Below, piece after piece: positions 60,401-64,000 of a stretch of 64,000 nt of DNA. Source of the stretch: Marsupella aquatica (Eukaryota; Plantae; Marchantiophyta); assembly GCA_973895155.1 (NCBI GenBank), contig OZ316893.1, positions 8,681,839 to 8,745,838 on the forward strand, in the 5' to 3' direction. The notes beneath the pieces were generated by a model. It saw only the letters and a program-made list of their open reading frames with translations, was not told where the DNA came from and made no database searches. Position 1 is the first letter of the stretch. Each line of letters starts with the position of its first letter. A program made the translations under genes and the position numbers.

Positions 60401-63400
60401 AAAACCTTATAGTTCTTATAATTCTTAAAATTGGATAAAACTGCCCCTATATTTCTTCAACAAAATTGTAAAGTCTTCCATGCATTCGAATTGAAAACCC
60501 CTAACTTCTTCGCATGCGATGGGTCGGAAGAACGGAAATGAGGACCCAAGATTTTCCATTGTGAAGCTAAAGGAAATTTTAATTTACATGAGCGTTGTTG
60601 TGGAATCCTATTTTTCAGAGACCATTGCTCTTGCTATAAAAAGTGTTTTGACTAATTTTATTGTTATCGAGCTACTTAAGATTTTTTCTTTGGGGAATTT
60701 TGTTGATGAATCATATTTTTAAGAGAGCAATGTTCTTGTCATAAAGAGCATCTTTTTTGCTGTAGAGCTATCAGAAATCATGTTATTCATACGGCGCCGC
60801 TCTTGCTACAAAGAGCACTTCAAGTACTTTGCGGCTACGGAAGCTACAGGAAATGTTAAATGTGCATCTTCATTCTCTATTTCATAATTCTACATTCTTA
60901 ATTTCAGTTTTTGGTGTTATGTTCTTACCGTGACAGAATTTGGTGCACATTATGTTGTTATCGTGACAGAAATGTAGGTGGACAACTAATGACAGAATTT
61001 ACCATCCATTTGCAGTTAAGCTGTCTCGTGATTATGTGTAATATAGTCTCTCCCCTATCACAGTCCATGGGGATAAATGGAGATAACCTAGCAGTTCATC
61101 TGGGCTTTAGTTTCCTCTAATTACAGGTTTAGTTTCCTCTAATTACAGGTCACGTGAAGTCACATTTTTGGTTTCATTAATTGAGGTGTTCACCTTGAAT
61201 ACTGCACAGTGCACACTGAGAATCTAGGCTTAAAACTGAGACTCTTGATACAACATAAAGTGTGTGACTTTTAATTAAGTGTGATTCGGGTTAGAAAAAA
61301 TGTTCACACAATTTAGTGTGAGTCACTCTAGTTTTGGTGACACACTAATTGTATACTTAAACTATTTAGGGTGGACAGTGTAGTGGCAACCTATAAACCC
61401 ACTAAGTGCAAGAAGATGGTTATGACTGAGCCCTTGCATTTAACTCCCTCCCTGTAGAGTCAATGATAGCATAAACTGATATTTACAGTAATACCCTGGT
61501 GATGGAGTGCAAGGATAGTGCCATCCTGATTCCTGCAGGCCCAGTGCCAGACATTATTTTATTTAAAAACAGGCTTGGATATGAATATCAGTTTTCTACT
61601 TAAACAAAATGTGTACACTGGAAATTCAGTGTTTACAGCAGGATGTTTAGAATCCTTTCAATATTTATGCATATAACAAACTGCCAAAAGAAAAAGATTC
61701 CCAATGGAAGACACAATCCCACAGGCAAGCGACCCAATCAAGGGGAGGCAACCAGAGAGTCAAAAACCCCAATGGAACCAGATAGAAGCCCAACCCAATA
61801 TAAACCAGGAACAACAAGCCTAAAACCTACTTATCCCTAAACTGAAGAGCCTTGTAGAGCTCCAGTGTGAATTACAAAGGCAGGTAAAAAAACGACATCC
61901 TACTAGTGTCGAGACCCTAAAACCAACTCTCTCAACACTCCAAAAAAGAGAGAATACCTTGGCTCTATGAAGAGTAATTTACACCCAAAAAATTTGTCAA
62001 TGAGGCACAGAATTTTCATAGTCATTTATTTTTTCCGCTAACCGAGATGTCACTATGGTACAGTAAAGTAGGAAAGGGTGGTCCTAGAGAGGACCGGAAG
62101 CGGGGGGCAAGCAACTACAGTAGTTGCCATCATTTGGGGGGTGTGTTTCTTCGTGGAAATCTCGTGACGATATCTGTTCGTAGAGTACTGCGCCGTATTC
62201 TGCGCAATCTCGCGGTGCGGGATTGGGTCCACTACGATATGGTGAGGTGTGGAAAATGAGGCCACTCGCTCATTTAATGCGTGCCTGCCCAGAGCCATGA
62301 TTCGGTGGCCATCAATCCAATACCACCATCCACTTTCTTTATCAAAACATGATACTGTAGTTTTTCGTATCTTGCTTTTCCTGCCTTGCCCGTGGGGCGC
62401 TGACTTTGCAACTCATATAGTTGTTTTGACACTTTCCACTTTCTCTTGTTCCTTTTTTAAGTTTGCACTTGCTTTTTGTTTTTCCTTGTTTGGTGTTTTT
62501 CCTTATTTGGTGTCTTCTTTGGATCTCTTTTTCTTTCCTTTCATTCATTGCACTTTGTTTTATCCTAATTTATAAATTTTGGTGGAAGTTTTATTCGTTG
62601 AGGGTTGATGAATGACAAACTCTCATGATAGCAAGGGGAGTCCTCCAAACGAAGCATGGGACATGCGGTTGAGTCAGACAATTTTGTTGGGGATTTATTT
62701 TAAAGAAGGGAGGCACTGTGTCTCCCTGCAAGTCCATGAAATAAGGAAAGGTGACGACTATTTTTTTGTTGGGCTGCAGCCAGGGTAGAATTTTAATTTT
62801 CTTTTTTGCACTTATATTACTATCCTGTCAAAAGAACTATGACTTGTCAAAATTATTAACCTGCCATGAAAAGTGATTTAACCAGGTTGTGACCGAGCTA
62901 CTGTAGTGCTGTTACAAGAGATTCGCCATTTTTGGGCCACCATTACTTCAAGCAAACTGAAGTCCCCCTGGTTTGTATTGTCCCCCCTAACTAGTCAAAA
63001 TTATTGACCTGTCCTTAATGCTAATTTTAGGGACCATAGGTTTGTCGTCACACCCGGCTGAACACTATACATTGATTGCTTTTTTATAATACTTTGTATT
63101 GTACAGTATTTTTCATAATCCACAAGAGACAATACACAACAGGGAGCACTGTTTGGGGCCAATTTTCGGGCCCCTATCACAACAAGTGAACAAAGTTCAG
63201 CCAATTATCACCTTGCCCCCTTGGTTTGCATATGGGTTGGTGTACTAGACTAGACTAAGCCACAATGGCACACAATTCATCTGGGGACAGCTGGAGCTCA
63301 TGACTTGTCCGAGCTACTCCTTTTTGAGCAAAAGTGTGGAAATTTGAGGGGGACAAAAACACAATATTTTTTGGATGTGCCCTAGGTTGAAAGTATCTTT

Positions 63401-64000
63401 GAAGAGGGTTAGCACTAGAAATTAGCAAGTTTCCAGGTGTTTCCGCACCAATAGGGTGCACTATCGAGTTGGCTTAGTCTCTTTTTCACAAAATTCCCCG
63501 AATACCATGCTAGCTCCTCGCTGGAGGTAAGATGATGGCGAGTTTATGCCTATTAAATTATTATTTTTTGAAATGGTTTTGTAGAGCCGTCATTATGAGT
63601 AGTAAATTAGTAAATGTGGTTACAGAAGTATCACGTAGCTCATACTTCGTAGACTTGAAAGGGTCATTCCTACTGTACCCATTGATTCTATACTTAAAAC
63701 ATCTAACTAGCCAAGCGGTAAGGAATAAGCGACACTTGTAGAGATAAGCACTGACAGAATTTTTTGCGTGAACTTGATGAAAAATTGTTGTACACTTGTA
63801 CAGTTGTCCGAGTATTCTATATTTGAAGGAAAAACAAAAAGACATTGATAGCCTGCCTGACTGAGCCTACAATGTGAAGTCAACGGTTGGATCCAGCAAA
63901 GGCAATCAAGGAAACTAAAAAGGCACTTGAGGAGGGTAAATTGTAAGGTTTTTCATTTTTTAGTCATGGGGCCAAGTGTCACGTTGTGTGAAGGAGAAGA

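Overview
Eukaryotic, intron-containing land-plant DNA, probably a non-seed plant such as a liverwort (inference). 1-12 kb: a tandem duplication of a half-size ABCG (ABCG11/12/15-like) transporter, made up of the 3' end of one copy and a complete 10-exon copy. 12.5-16.7 kb (-): an 11-exon isoprenylcysteine methylesterase (ICME) gene with a dead duplicated exon. 26.6-32.1 kb: a very young, full-length Ty1/copia element (510-bp LTRs, ATGCA TSD, half-tRNAiMet PBS, a frameshift between IN and RT) inserted just upstream of the TATA boxes of an intronless NmrA/HSCARG-like gene that resembles ascomycete proteins (HGT candidate). Next come a decayed LIL3 pseudogene and an intronless NADP-isocitrate dehydrogenase that has both an N-terminal transit-like peptide and a C-terminal SKL. 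The remainder is TE-rich: two long foldback elements, Helitron-like, LINE-like and SINE-like remnants, and several minisatellites. Coordinates were read by eye and may be off by a few bases.
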